A program made the translations under genes and the position numbers. This document shows, piece by piece, positions 30,101-38,327 of a stretch of DNA of 64,000 nt (its first letter is position 1; every line of letters begins with the position of its first letter). The notes under the pieces are model-generated. The model ran no database searches. It saw only the letters and a list, made by a program, of their open reading frames with translations, and was not told where the DNA came from. This DNA comes from a virus (taxonomy: Duplodnaviria; Heunggongvirae; Uroviricota; Caudoviricetes): IMG/VR virus record IMGVR_UViG_3300033069_001366, positions 47,108 through 111,107 of that record; one strand, written 5' to 3'.

Positions 30101-31735
30101 GTTGACTGTATAGTTTGAGTAGAGTATTTCTTCATTGGTTTGTTTGTCAACATAAGCTCTCATGTTTGTTATAAGTCCTCTAGATACAACTGTTCCATTT
30201 CCTCCTTTTCTATCAGACCTTGTGATTTTGTAACCTATTATATCAGGGTCACTAAATTTTGGTATATTTTTAAACCTTACACCTAGAATATTAATATAAG
30301 TTTTTCCATCAACTATAGAATATCTAGGAACTTTCTCCTCATCTGGAAATTTGTGGTATCTAATTGGTTTATTAGCATTTTCTCCATAAACTTCCTCATT
30401 ATCAGGATAGAGGTCAGTACTCTCAAAATACCCCATCTCTCCTCTACCTATAACTCTAATACCACAAGAAAATTCATTATTTTCAGACCTCATTTTTCCA
30501 GCAGTATTTTCTATCATCCATCTTTGGATTTTCTCTGGAATATCACAATCTTTTACGTTTTTATCTAATTCATAAACATCTGCAGAGGAGACAGCGTCTC
30601 TATCTTTTGCATTTGCTTTTCTTCCTGCTATGTGATATTTATCTGTTAACTCACCTGTTTTATAAACACCTTGTATATAAAAGTCGTAGTTCTCATCTCT
30701 ATAGTATCCAATATTATCACCATCATTTTCATAATAATCAATAGGTGCTTGAGTAACTACATATTCTGCTTCTATTTCAAAAGCCTTAAGTTGATAATTT
30801 TCTTCATCCCTTCTTACCAAGTCTCCTAATATAAGAGTATTGGAGTTAGAAGAAATAATACCCCCTTTAACCCATGTATTTTTCTTAATAACAAGATCTG
30901 ATAAATTAATTGTCTCAAATGTTGTATTATTTATATCTGTTACTGTTATAGATTTTACTTTTGTAGAATAGTATCCTACTATCTTTGCTACTTTTGTAGC
31001 TCCTTTAGTAACTGGGTCAATATAGTTCGCTACTATACATAATGCAAATTCATCAAATTCTGTATCAATATCTGATATAGATACATCTAATGAACATGTA
31101 TTATTGTCAGAATAAAGAAGTTTTCTATTAGAAATAGAATACCAATCAGAATATATTTTTCCATCAATTGTATATGCTATAGCAGCGGAATATGCGCCAT
31201 TTGGTAAATTTCCAATAAAACCTTGTTTGGTTGATATACAAGGATGTTGTATATTCTTAAAAAGAAGAATTTCATCGCAATCTTTGATTTTTGGTAATGT
31301 TAATAAATCTATTCTTCTAAAAGGATTATATTTATCAGTAAAATATACAATAGTACTTTTATTAAAATCCTTTCTAGCTTTACCTGTAATTTGGTAATCG
31401 GTATTAAAATTTAAACAACTTTTATTAAGAAGTTTTGTATATGTATCTGTAGAAGGATCTCCTATTCCTATTTCTGAATTAATGTTATCTGTAGAAAATA
31501 CAAGATGTTTACCATCTGGTAAATCTATTATTCCTATTATTTTGTAAGGTGCTGAATATGATTTTATAGTAGATGGTTCGTTACCAAGTGTTCCAAGACT
31601 ACCTTCTTTACTGGCTCTTATAATATTCCTTGCATGTGAATAAGATTCACCATTTACATAAGAAGAATCCAGGTCTGTAACTAGACCTGGTTTATTTAAT
31701 GCATTAGTATCTACTTTATTTAAATTATTATCCAT
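27131..31735 (-). CDS. Large virion structural protein (1534 aa), function unknown; possibly a tail, stopper or ejection component.
   Basis: Long uninterrupted ORF in the same block as the neighbouring large proteins. It overlaps the downstream gene start by 4 nt. Confidence 0.55.
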   Translation of the reverse strand: MDNNLNKVDTNALNKPGLVTDLDSSYVNGESYSHARNIIRASKEGSLGTLGNEPSTIKSYSAPYKIIGIIDLPDGKHLVFSTDNINSEIGIGDPSTDTYTKLLNKSCLNFNTDYQITGKARKDFNKSTIVYFTDKYNPFRRIDLLTLPKIKDCDEILLFKNIQHPCISTKQGFIGNLPNGAYSAAIAYTIDGKIYSDWYSISNRKLLYSDNNTCSLDVSISDIDTEFDEFALCIVANYIDPVTKGATKVAKIVGYYSTKVKSITVTDINNTTFETINLSDLVIKKNTWVKGGIISSNSNTLILGDLVRRDEENYQLKAFEIEAEYVVTQAPIDYYENDGDNIGYYRDENYDFYIQGVYKTGELTDKYHIAGRKANAKDRDAVSSADVYELDKNVKDCDIPEKIQRWMIENTAGKMRSENNEFSCGIRVIGRGEMGYFESTDLYPDNEEVYGENANKPIRYHKFPDEEKVPRYSIVDGKTYINILGVRFKNIPKFSDPDIIGYKITRSDRKGGNGTVVSRGLITNMRAYVDKQTNEEILYSNYTVNDLSPDVYISAKQTVYKSGRETNFVPLSEYKKDTFTFYSPHTLFEPRYSIGNELKVECEEVAEITGQFEIVKNHPKLKLLNQFSFWAALAIGSLEAFYQAKGLDKQVTESVDQASFGNVPTTGTVGDINFGFNFQTSNLKTQGTNISNQYTLLSLSFKGIADIIQELSKVKDLPKKGRLLKQIKLVLQLIGSVGISVTLLALTAIKYANEVLDIINGFTANTDYVLQYNASAEFRKSTAAKTGNKRRAIIQSKYLPSQVVSIDNETINNFKREKGVYLKLNKEIIDPSTKDNSRNTISGFGICNDINQKVKSQGSAYYVTNKVNNRNQYGRLGSSSPVSMHSCVLNDFKESPVLYGGDCIIARMYFLKKMQFFNQNLANANFPDGIEYDYRLYRNIGYPRYWLDSTKYDFSEIFTLKTVNFSTFNRTTANKHNLDCKKSKDGKTLSRIDDAYMYLSNNCAIDFICEADYNISFREESEHPFYYQKNKTLSKIFASDKLDFDEEFKINRVYSDLYTTEIFAPQQRSDFDPKNPIPVNEPNSVIYSLPAYNLQKIDNWQYFLPLNFFNFSETDFGKLTGIHPIDQDRLMFLFTKASPFVSMGRSLLELSGQTVTIGDGGLFAQDPREIMPTTNNFGASSSRLAFASNQFGRFYISEKQGKILSFGENLDDISMKGISFWCKNYMPIFLYKYFPSYTKDENTISGVGYQIVFDNFYETLYISKRDFVPVSNEIICENNEFFFRGVKVSLRDSKYFKDVSWTLSYSPMDKAFVSWHDWHPDLVVQGENHFYSVKDKTLWKHNESYESFCNFYDVEYPFEIEPISATGQNVEIIRSLEYILEVYKYKNFGRDRFHVHHENFSNLIVHNSEQISPLLNLSYGNPDPEQNLKYPKKSTNLSYDIVFFKEENKYRVNQFWDITKDRGEFTNNEYHLFPTDESGYKNVINPVAINIDKPEEQRKKFRHYFTKFRLIKSISGSHKFIFKIINIKKLISLR

Positions 31736-32258
31736 TTACAATATTTGACATCTCATTAAATAATCTTAATGATTTTATTATACCTATATCTGTAAGTGTT
31801 ACTTTCTCAACATTTATTCCCCATTTCTTTACTTCAACTCTTACTTTTTTTGTAATAGTGTTATCTGTTTCATTGTCTGTAACATCTTCCCATGCTCTTG
31901 ATGTAACCTGTTCTTTTATTATTGCTTGGGTAGTATCCGATATTGCGTCAACAGGGTCATATACTTCCAATATAACATCTTTTATAGAAGAGATATTATA
32001 TTTTACAACTGCCTTTGCAACTATTTGTTTACCATCTTTTGTTGTTAAAGATTGTGTAGGGATACTTAATGTTGTAGTAACAACAGTTCTCGTTTCTACT
32101 TTATCTAAAAATGGAATCTTCCAACAAATTCCTGGCTCAACAATCTTTAAAAACTTTCCACCTCTAAAATGTACACCTCTATCGTATTCTTTCACAATAA
32201 CAAGTGGAAGAACATCTTCTATAAAATTTAGTAAAAAGTCTACAAGTTTATCAAACAT
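31728..32258 (-). CDS. Hypothetical protein (176 aa).
   Basis: ORF tightly packed with its neighbours, overlapping by 8 nt. Confidence 0.45.
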   Translation of the reverse strand: MFDKLVDFLLNFIEDVLPLVIVKEYDRGVHFRGGKFLKIVEPGICWKIPFLDKVETRTVVTTTLSIPTQSLTTKDGKQIVAKAVVKYNISSIKDVILEVYDPVDAISDTTQAIIKEQVTSRAWEDVTDNETDNTITKKVRVEVKKWGINVEKVTLTDIGIIKSLRLFNEMSNIVNG

Positions 32259-33100
32259 TATTGAAAATATCTAAACCATTGATGATACCAACCTAATTGT
32301 TTTTTCTTTTCTCTTTGGAGTGTTTCATTATAAGACTTTTCAGTCGTAAAATTATATGCATCCAACCAAGCAAGTTGTCTTTGTCTATTTGCTAATTTCC
32401 ATAACTCACCAAGATTAGGAGAGTCACTATTAAATAAAGCAGTACTAACTATACTTTCTTTCAAAGTCCATTCGTAATATGGTGTAATTAATGGATGAAA
32501 AGGAAATGTAATATTACCATTCTCATCCTTCATCATACCTATATATACAAGATATAAAGTACCAGACCTAAAAGGAGTATGTATATATTCACCATCAATC
32601 TCTACTTTATACCTACCTTTCTTTGTTTTATTTGGACAGTCTATATGACAGTAACTAGTACTTGGATCAACCTCAAGTTGAACCCAATTACCATATTGAT
32701 ATACAACATGTTTAGATTCTCTTTTAATTTGGACCCTATAGTTATCTACACATCCAAGAGATTCTCTATCTAAAGATGCTTCATATATAATATCTTGGTC
32801 TACATTATTATCAAAAGGATTTGTAAGTGTTACATTTTGTGTATTTGTAGCTTCTAACGCACATACATAAAACATCTTCTCAAAATCAAGAGGTAATTTA
32901 GCTTTATACTCATTTACAGGAATTGCTATTTCTCTTATCTCTCTAATATTTAAACCAAGTTTATCATTACAATACATTACTGATTTGATGAGGTTTCCAT
33001 CATCAATTAATCCTTCAAGATCAAATTTCTTAAAGTCATTTTTAACAATGGCTATAAGCTCCTGAATAGGTTTATGATCTATTGTTTTATTATTTACCAT
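32258..33100 (-). CDS. Hypothetical protein (280 aa).
   Basis: ORF with start/stop overlap with its neighbours. Confidence 0.5.
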   Translation of the reverse strand: MVNNKTIDHKPIQELIAIVKNDFKKFDLEGLIDDGNLIKSVMYCNDKLGLNIREIREIAIPVNEYKAKLPLDFEKMFYVCALEATNTQNVTLTNPFDNNVDQDIIYEASLDRESLGCVDNYRVQIKRESKHVVYQYGNWVQLEVDPSTSYCHIDCPNKTKKGRYKVEIDGEYIHTPFRSGTLYLVYIGMMKDENGNITFPFHPLITPYYEWTLKESIVSTALFNSDSPNLGELWKLANRQRQLAWLDAYNFTTEKSYNETLQREKKKQLGWYHQWFRYFQ

Positions 33101-33789
33101 TATAGCTTACGGTTTGCATTTTTATCAATTTGTTGGTCTTCAGGTATCTGTTTTAATGGAACAAGTAACTGAAGTGCTTTTGCATACATTTCTGCTTCAA
33201 CCCAATCTGGTATTAAAAACTCAGTTTCAAGAAATTGTATACACTCATTCTCATTAGTATCACAATCCTCACATTTAATATCCATTAATCTAACGTCATC
33301 TACTGCAAATACTCTTATATTTACCTTGTGAGGATTAAATTCTGGAAACCATAAATAACCATTTTCATAAAAAACATACTTTGTAGGTTGTAATTTATGA
33401 TAAGGATCTTGTCTTTTGGACTGCCATGTTCTATAGTTTGTTATAAAAAAGTTTGTTGTGTTGTCTACAGAGGTAACTGAGAATATTGCTGGACCATTTG
33501 CAGTTTGCCACATTTCAGGCAATTGATGCTTAGTCCTATATATTTTACAATTAACTGTTACTGGACAACACTCTTCAATAGTTGAAGATGGAACTATATC
33601 CCAACAAGATAAAGTTTGTAAAAACTTTGGATTTTTATGAACATTTCCATTATTTATTTCTCTTTTTATCAACCATTTTGCTTGGTCGAAAAGTACATTA
33701 TATAAATACTGATTGGTGTAATTAGTATCTATATTTCGTTCCTTTAACATTTGTCTAAAGGTATCAATATGTTTTCTTTTTGTACTCAT
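33100..33789 (-). CDS. Hypothetical protein (229 aa), Cys-rich.
   Basis: ORF with several Cys pairs (CCPVTVNC, CEDCDTNENEC). Confidence 0.5.
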   Translation of the reverse strand: MSTKRKHIDTFRQMLKERNIDTNYTNQYLYNVLFDQAKWLIKREINNGNVHKNPKFLQTLSCWDIVPSSTIEECCPVTVNCKIYRTKHQLPEMWQTANGPAIFSVTSVDNTTNFFITNYRTWQSKRQDPYHKLQPTKYVFYENGYLWFPEFNPHKVNIRVFAVDDVRLMDIKCEDCDTNENECIQFLETEFLIPDWVEAEMYAKALQLLVPLKQIPEDQQIDKNANRKL

Positions 33790-33791
33790 TT

Positions 33792-34283
33792 TTATATTTT
33801 TTGTCTCCAGACACTTTTTCCACCAGTTGTAATTCTTGACATTCTTATCATATGAGGGTTTTCATCAGTATGAGCTTTTGCCATAGTATTCATTTTTCTG
33901 AATGGGTCAAAAGCATAAAACTGTAAAATCTTATTAAACTTTACAGCCCACCTTCTTTCCCATTTAATAACCCCAATTTTTCCTTTTGTATTCAGGTTTA
34001 CAAAATTATTTTCTTCACCTGTTTCAGAGAATGTATTATGTCCAGTTGCCTTAAATTTATAAGGTAAATATTGGTATTTTAACTCCCCTAAATAAGAACC
34101 AAGTTTTACTCCAAGTGGGTTTGTAATAACCTCACTATGAAGGGTTTCTGTTAACTCTTTCCATCTCTGTAAGAAATCTGAATAATTCAGATCTTTATGT
34201 TCTGGATATTCTTTTATAAATTCTTCAAAATTCTCCTTACATACTATGTTTATAGAGAATTCTTTTTTTCCTGTTCTTTTCAT
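33792..34283 (-). CDS. Hypothetical protein (163 aa).
   Basis: ORF. Confidence 0.45.
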   Translation of the reverse strand: MKRTGKKEFSINIVCKENFEEFIKEYPEHKDLNYSDFLQRWKELTETLHSEVITNPLGVKLGSYLGELKYQYLPYKFKATGHNTFSETGEENNFVNLNTKGKIGVIKWERRWAVKFNKILQFYAFDPFRKMNTMAKAHTDENPHMIRMSRITTGGKSVWRQKI

Positions 34284-34349
34284 CCTAAATATTAAAATTT
34301 CCTAGTATAATATAGTGATTTTTAGTGTATAATCAAAATTAATTTGATA

Positions 34350-34378
34350 TATTAAAAATCCCTCACTTCAGAGGGATC
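34350..34378 (-). terminator. Rho-independent terminator-like hairpin after the exonuclease gene.
   Basis: atccctc-acttca-gagggat hairpin. On the minus strand it is followed by TTTTTAAT. Confidence 0.45.
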
Positions 34379-35208
34379 TTATATTTAAACTTTTTAATAG
34401 GTGAGTAACTTTGTAATTCATTATAAACTAGTTCTAAAAGATTTACATCCTGTTTACAATAATCTATCATTTTTTTCATAGATACTTTACAATTCTTTAG
34501 TACAATATTTTTCCATAAATCTGGTTCAGTTTTAATTTTTTCACCAAGACCTAGGAATTGTCCCATATAATCAAGTTTATTTGAATTAAATTTAAAACCT
34601 GCTCTTGCCATTTTTAAAGTATCTATAGAGTTAAACTTTGGAGAGAGTTCAATTCTATGATATAAACATCTAGTTCTCAACCATTTAATATCAAAAGAAT
34701 CTCCATTTTGAGTAACTGTTTCATCTGCAGAATCTATGATTTTAGCAAATTTTACTAACATTTCATAATCATCTCCATCTTTCCATTGTAAAGATTCTAC
34801 TTTATCAGAATCTGACCATTTCCAACAAATACATATGACCGCCCTTTCTTGTATAATATTTTCATGTGAAAGTTTTATATCTGAACCAATTCTCCAAGAA
34901 GTTACAATATTTGGACTAACCTCTATGTCAAAGAATAGTTTTCTTTTAGGTCTTTCTCTTTCTTTATGTATTAAATTGTAGGTTTCTAATAAGGCAAGAT
35001 CTGATGTAGAATGAATAATTTTATCAGCTTCTCTAAGCTCAGATTGAACACTTTTTACAAGTTCTAGTTCTTTTTGTGCTTCTTTTATAGTTTTAGCAGT
35101 AGTTTTTGGAAGACTTTTCCAAATTGCCTCTAATGTAACATGTGGAGATTTTTTAAGATACCCCTTACGAACCAAAATAAATTTTTCTATTTCCTTTTTA
35201 CTTATCAT
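34363..35208 (-). CDS. DEDDy-type 3'-5' exonuclease (DnaQ/RNase D-like).
   Basis: Exo I LFFDIEVS, Exo II TQNGDSFDIKWL and Exo III YCKQDVNLL motifs are present in the canonical order. Confidence 0.65.
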   Translation of the reverse strand: MISKKEIEKFILVRKGYLKKSPHVTLEAIWKSLPKTTAKTIKEAQKELELVKSVQSELREADKIIHSTSDLALLETYNLIHKERERPKRKLFFDIEVSPNIVTSWRIGSDIKLSHENIIQERAVICICWKWSDSDKVESLQWKDGDDYEMLVKFAKIIDSADETVTQNGDSFDIKWLRTRCLYHRIELSPKFNSIDTLKMARAGFKFNSNKLDYMGQFLGLGEKIKTEPDLWKNIVLKNCKVSMKKMIDYCKQDVNLLELVYNELQSYSPIKKFKYKIPLK

Positions 35209-35830
35209 ATAATTTTTTTATTATTTTCCAATCAAATCCTTTATAAGACTTTCTCTTGCCCTGTATATAATTTCTAGCAGCAGAAGGATAATAACCATTC
35301 TTCTTGGCTTCTTCAAAACTCCAGGTATTTAAAATTTTACCAGTACTTTTACATATTTGTTGAATAAGTTTTTTATTTTTTTCAGATCTTTTAGAGATCA
35401 TAGATTGAGGCTGTTTTTTATTTTTCCAATAGCAATTTCTTTTTAATGAATATGATATTTTCTCTTTATGATCTTCAGAAAATTTTTTACCTTTATTTGA
35501 AATATTTGGAACTGGTAATTCTAATGGAATAGCCATATTATAACCTTTATCTTTTAAATGCGAAGAGTATAATTTAATAAAGAAATTTTCTAATATTACT
35601 GTATGTTCTTCTTTACATATTGCCAATATTTCAAATGTAAAGAAATTCTCGCCATATTTATTAAATGACAACTGAAGATGTGTATTGAAATGAATATTAT
35701 TTTTTAATTTTAAAAAATGGGACCTTTTTCTACTATATAATGTTTTTGTAGTACTACCGATATATACCTTATTATTTTTTAAGTTTGTAATTTTATAAAC
35801 TCCACATCTTTTTAAATCTGAATCTATCAT
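35198..35830 (-). CDS. GIY-YIG homing endonuclease (210 aa).
   Basis: N-terminal GVYKITNLKNNKVYIGSTTKTLYSRKRSHF is the GIY-(10-11)-YIG...R...H signature. The C-terminus is basic, as expected for a DNA-binding region. Confidence 0.7.
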   Translation of the reverse strand: MIDSDLKRCGVYKITNLKNNKVYIGSTTKTLYSRKRSHFLKLKNNIHFNTHLQLSFNKYGENFFTFEILAICKEEHTVILENFFIKLYSSHLKDKGYNMAIPLELPVPNISNKGKKFSEDHKEKISYSLKRNCYWKNKKQPQSMISKRSEKNKKLIQQICKSTGKILNTWSFEEAKKNGYYPSAARNYIQGKRKSYKGFDWKIIKKLYDK

Positions 35831-35929
35831 AATACAAAATTATGAAAAAGTATTCATATAAAAAAATAATTTTTTACATTAATTATTGAAGTAAACAATA
35901 TTTAATCATTAGATGATAAAAAGAAAAAG

Positions 35930-36002
35930 TGGGATAGGGAGTACTCGAAACTCACGAGCCTACGTTTTACAGACGTTGCTAAGTGCCCTGCTTTCTATCC
36001 CA
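35930..36002 (-). tRNA. tRNA, probable Tyr(GUA), class-I-like with imperfect stems.
   Basis: Acceptor GGGATAG/CTATCCC. Anticodon arm ACGT-CTGTAAA-ACGT. T-loop TTCGAGT. Confidence 0.45.
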
Positions 36003-36011
36003 TTGATTATG

Positions 36012-36096
36012 AGGAGAGTACAAGATTCGAACTCTTGCGACTTTTACATCTTCTGTTTAGCAAACAGAACAGTTTACCAATTCCTGCAACTCTCCA
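36012..36096 (-). tRNA. tRNA-Ser(GCU), class II.
   Basis: Acceptor GGAGAGT/ACTCTCC. Anticodon arm TCTGT-TTGCTAA-ACAGA. Long variable arm. T-loop GTTCGAA. Confidence 0.65.
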
Positions 36097-36100
36097 TTTG

Positions 36101-36187
36101 AGGCAAGGGTGGGATTCGAACCCACGGGACTTTTACATCACACAGGCTTTCAAAGCGAGGCTCTTATGACCACTTGAGCACCTTACC
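36101..36187 (-). tRNA. Class-II tRNA, probably Ser(UGA).
   Basis: Acceptor GGTAAGG/CCTTGCC. T-arm GTGGG-TTCGAAT-CCCAC. Anticodon loop TTTGAAA, but the anticodon stem has two mismatches. Confidence 0.5.
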
Positions 36188-36191
36188 ATTG

Positions 36192-36265
36192 TAGTCTAGG
36201 TGAGATTCGAACTCACAAACATAAAATTTTAAGTTTTATAGCTTTCCCAGTTAGCTTACTAGACC
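36192..36265 (-). tRNA. tRNA with anticodon UAA (Leu-type) but class-I architecture.
   Basis: Acceptor GGTCTAG/CTAGACT with discriminator A. D-arm AGCT-AACTGGGAA-AGCT. Anticodon arm TAAAA-CTTAAAA-TTTTA. Variable loop of 5 nt. T-arm GTGAG-TTCGAAT-CTCAC. Confidence 0.6.
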
Positions 36266-36270
36266 ATTTG

Positions 36271-36356
36271 TAGGGATGGAGAGATTCAAACTCTCACGCC
36301 AGTTTATTAACACTAGATCCTAAGTCTAGGGTGTCTATCAATTCCACCACATCCCC
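36271..36356 (-). tRNA. tRNA-Leu(UAG), class II.
   Basis: Acceptor GGGGATG/CATCCCT. Anticodon arm CTAGA-CTTAGGA-TCTAG. Long variable arm. T-loop TTTGAAT. Confidence 0.65.
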
Positions 36357-36361
36357 AAAAA

Positions 36362-36390
36362 GAAAAACCCCACCAAAATTGGCAGGGTTT
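36362..36390 (-). terminator. Terminator-like hairpin with a U-tract on the minus strand.
   Basis: In minus sense: CCCTGCC-AATTTTGG-TGGGG followed by TTTTTCT. Confidence 0.35.
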
Positions 36391-36489
36391 TATTGTAAAC
36401 AATATAATTATTTTTAAACAATATAATCCCTGCTCTTACTTTGTAAGAGATACGATAAGGAACTATATAGTTTGTTATTTTTCATGATG

Positions 36490-36521
36490 CAAATATAGTA
36501 TAATAATTTACAAAAACCAAA
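36490..36521 (-). promoter_or_regulatory. Candidate Bacteroidetes-type promoter upstream of tRNA cluster 1 (-33 TTTG and -7 TAnnTTTG).
   Basis: Minus sense reads TTTG, then 20 nt, then TATATTTG, directly downstream of the tailspike stop codon. Confidence 0.25.
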
Positions 36522-36527
36522 TTTATT

Positions 36528-38327
36528 TTAAACATCTATTAAAAATCCCTGATTATTATAACTTATAGTCTGAGAGTATTTTATATTTCCATAACTATCT
36601 ACTACTTTAATTCTAAAAGTATTAATGGTTAAACTTAATTTGATATCCCTACAGTTAGATGCTGTAGTACTATAACCACCAGGAATAGTGTAAATAGTTG
36701 TAAATACATTATTTGTCATTCTTTCAATATATTTTACTACAGGTACATTTGTATTTATATTCCAACAAATATTTGAAACTCTTCTTCTTGGTAATGTTCC
36801 TGATAAAGAAATAGTTCCTTGAATAGGTTCATTTATAGTTGTAGTCGTAGTTGTACTAGAACTTGTAGTTGTAGTTGTTGAACTAGTGGTAGTTGTACTA
36901 CTTGTTGATGTTGTTGATGTACTTGAAGTAGTAGTTGTTGTAGTAGGAACTAAAGTTGTAGTTGTAGTTGTACTTGTACTTGAAGTAGAAGTTGTACTTG
37001 TACTACTTGTACTTGAAGTAGAACTTGTAGTAGTTGTTGTACCAGCAACATATTCTAAAATACCTATTTCAGGAGGATTACTAACAGCAACACCTGCAAA
37101 ATCTACAGAGTACCCCACATTTGTTCCTGCATTTATTAATACACTGCCAACTAAAGGAGAGAAGTTCCAATCTTTTGCATTTCCTGAAGTTGAGGTCCAA
37201 AAGTTAGCACTTGTTACAATCTCACTAGGGTTTGCTGTAATATTTAATAATGAACCTGTTCCTGATGTATTTAATTTGTATACATTATTTTCATGAATAA
37301 GAGTAGTATTATTCCACTGTGCTCTATAGACATCTACAGTACCATATAATTGAAATATATTATTCTTTACAGTTAAAGTAGCTGCTGTAGTAGGAGTGCT
37401 CTTATATCCTATCATTGCATTACTTGATACTCTAAATGGTTGAGTTTCGACAATAACATTATTAAGTATACTTGTATTAATTACATTTGTAGCAAAAGTG
37501 CCTGAATTACTCACATACATAAAAGACCCATTATTTGTACATTTATTGTATGCTAATACAGTTCCGGTTACAGTACGTCCACCTGAACCACCAATTTCAA
37601 TAACACCATTGCAATCATTAAAACTATTGTATGCTATAAGGTTATTACTACAATCTACATCAGCGTAAATATCTACTGCTCCACCATCATATTCATAATC
37701 ATATGAATCTGCCCAACACCCTTCAAATATATTATTTGTAATAATATTATTAGAAGAAGATATAATTACACCATTAGCACCATAGTCATCATCATTTCCG
37801 GGAGGCGGACCATCTTTGGTGTTTTTAATCATCCTCATATTCTGTACTGTAGAATATGTAAAAGTTGTATTATCACCAGTAGTATACAACGCACAACCAG
37901 TTCTATCAAAATTACATCTTGTAATAGTAATATTAGTAGATGAATCTGGAACAATAGCTCTTTGAATTTTTGCCTGTATTGTTCTATCTACTGCAGATAT
38001 AGACTCATCTACTATAGTCCAGTCTTGCAGTGTAATATATGATCTATTATACATAGATATAAGAACATTAATAGATGCACCTGTACCTAATAATTTAGGT
38101 TGTGCCCCTGTTCCATATGCACCAAAAATAATTCTTGCTGATGAATTACCAGATCTTGTTATATTTAGAGTTCCTGAATAACTCTGTCCTCTTTTTAATA
38201 AGACTTGGTCTCCAGGTTGAAGTAAACTCATATTTGAATTTACATTTGATAGAGACTTCCAAGGTGTATTTATACCACCATTAGATGTTGAACCAGTGTA
38301 ACTGGAATCTACGTAATATATTGCCAT
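36528..38327 (-). CDS. Tailspike or receptor-binding protein (599 aa) with a right-handed beta-helix (pectate-lyase-like), a Ser/Thr linker and a C-terminal domain.
   Basis: Repeated NNxIxNN and CxNNG turns (NNIITNNIFEGC, SNNLIAYNSFNDCNG, YNKCTNNGSF). A 70-aa S/T-only linker is followed by a roughly 100-aa C-terminal domain. Confidence 0.65.
   Translation of the reverse strand: MAIYYVDSSYTGSTSNGGINTPWKSLSNVNSNMSLLQPGDQVLLKRGQSYSGTLNITRSGNSSARIIFGAYGTGAQPKLLGTGASINVLISMYNRSYITLQDWTIVDESISAVDRTIQAKIQRAIVPDSSTNITITRCNFDRTGCALYTTGDNTTFTYSTVQNMRMIKNTKDGPPPGNDDDYGANGVIISSSNNIITNNIFEGCWADSYDYEYDGGAVDIYADVDCSNNLIAYNSFNDCNGVIEIGGSGGRTVTGTVLAYNKCTNNGSFMYVSNSGTFATNVINTSILNNVIVETQPFRVSSNAMIGYKSTPTTAATLTVKNNIFQLYGTVDVYRAQWNNTTLIHENNVYKLNTSGTGSLLNITANPSEIVTSANFWTSTSGNAKDWNFSPLVGSVLINAGTNVGYSVDFAGVAVSNPPEIGILEYVAGTTTTTSSTSSTSSTSTTSTSSTSTTTTTTLVPTTTTTTSSTSTTSTSSTTTTSSTTTTTSSSTTTTTTINEPIQGTISLSGTLPRRRVSNICWNINTNVPVVKYIERMTNNVFTTIYTIPGGYSTTASNCRDIKLSLTINTFRIKVVDSYGNIKYSQTISYNNQGFLIDV
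36838..37040 (-). repeat. Low-complexity tandem codon repeats encoding the Ser/Thr linker of the tailspike.
   Basis: Plus-strand gtagttgta/acttgtagt-type units are repeated many times. Confidence 0.7.

Noticed and set aside
35913-36101. ORFs overlapping tRNA genes (35913-36101 +, 39504-39710 +, 40612-40857 - and 41542-41805 +).
   Set aside because: They coincide with clustered tRNA cloverleaves, so they are spurious translations of tRNA DNA.
36838-37040. Short tandem repeats that could be mistaken for a CRISPR array or VNTR.
   Set aside because: They are in frame within the tailspike ORF and encode the Ser/Thr linker. There is no repeat-spacer architecture.
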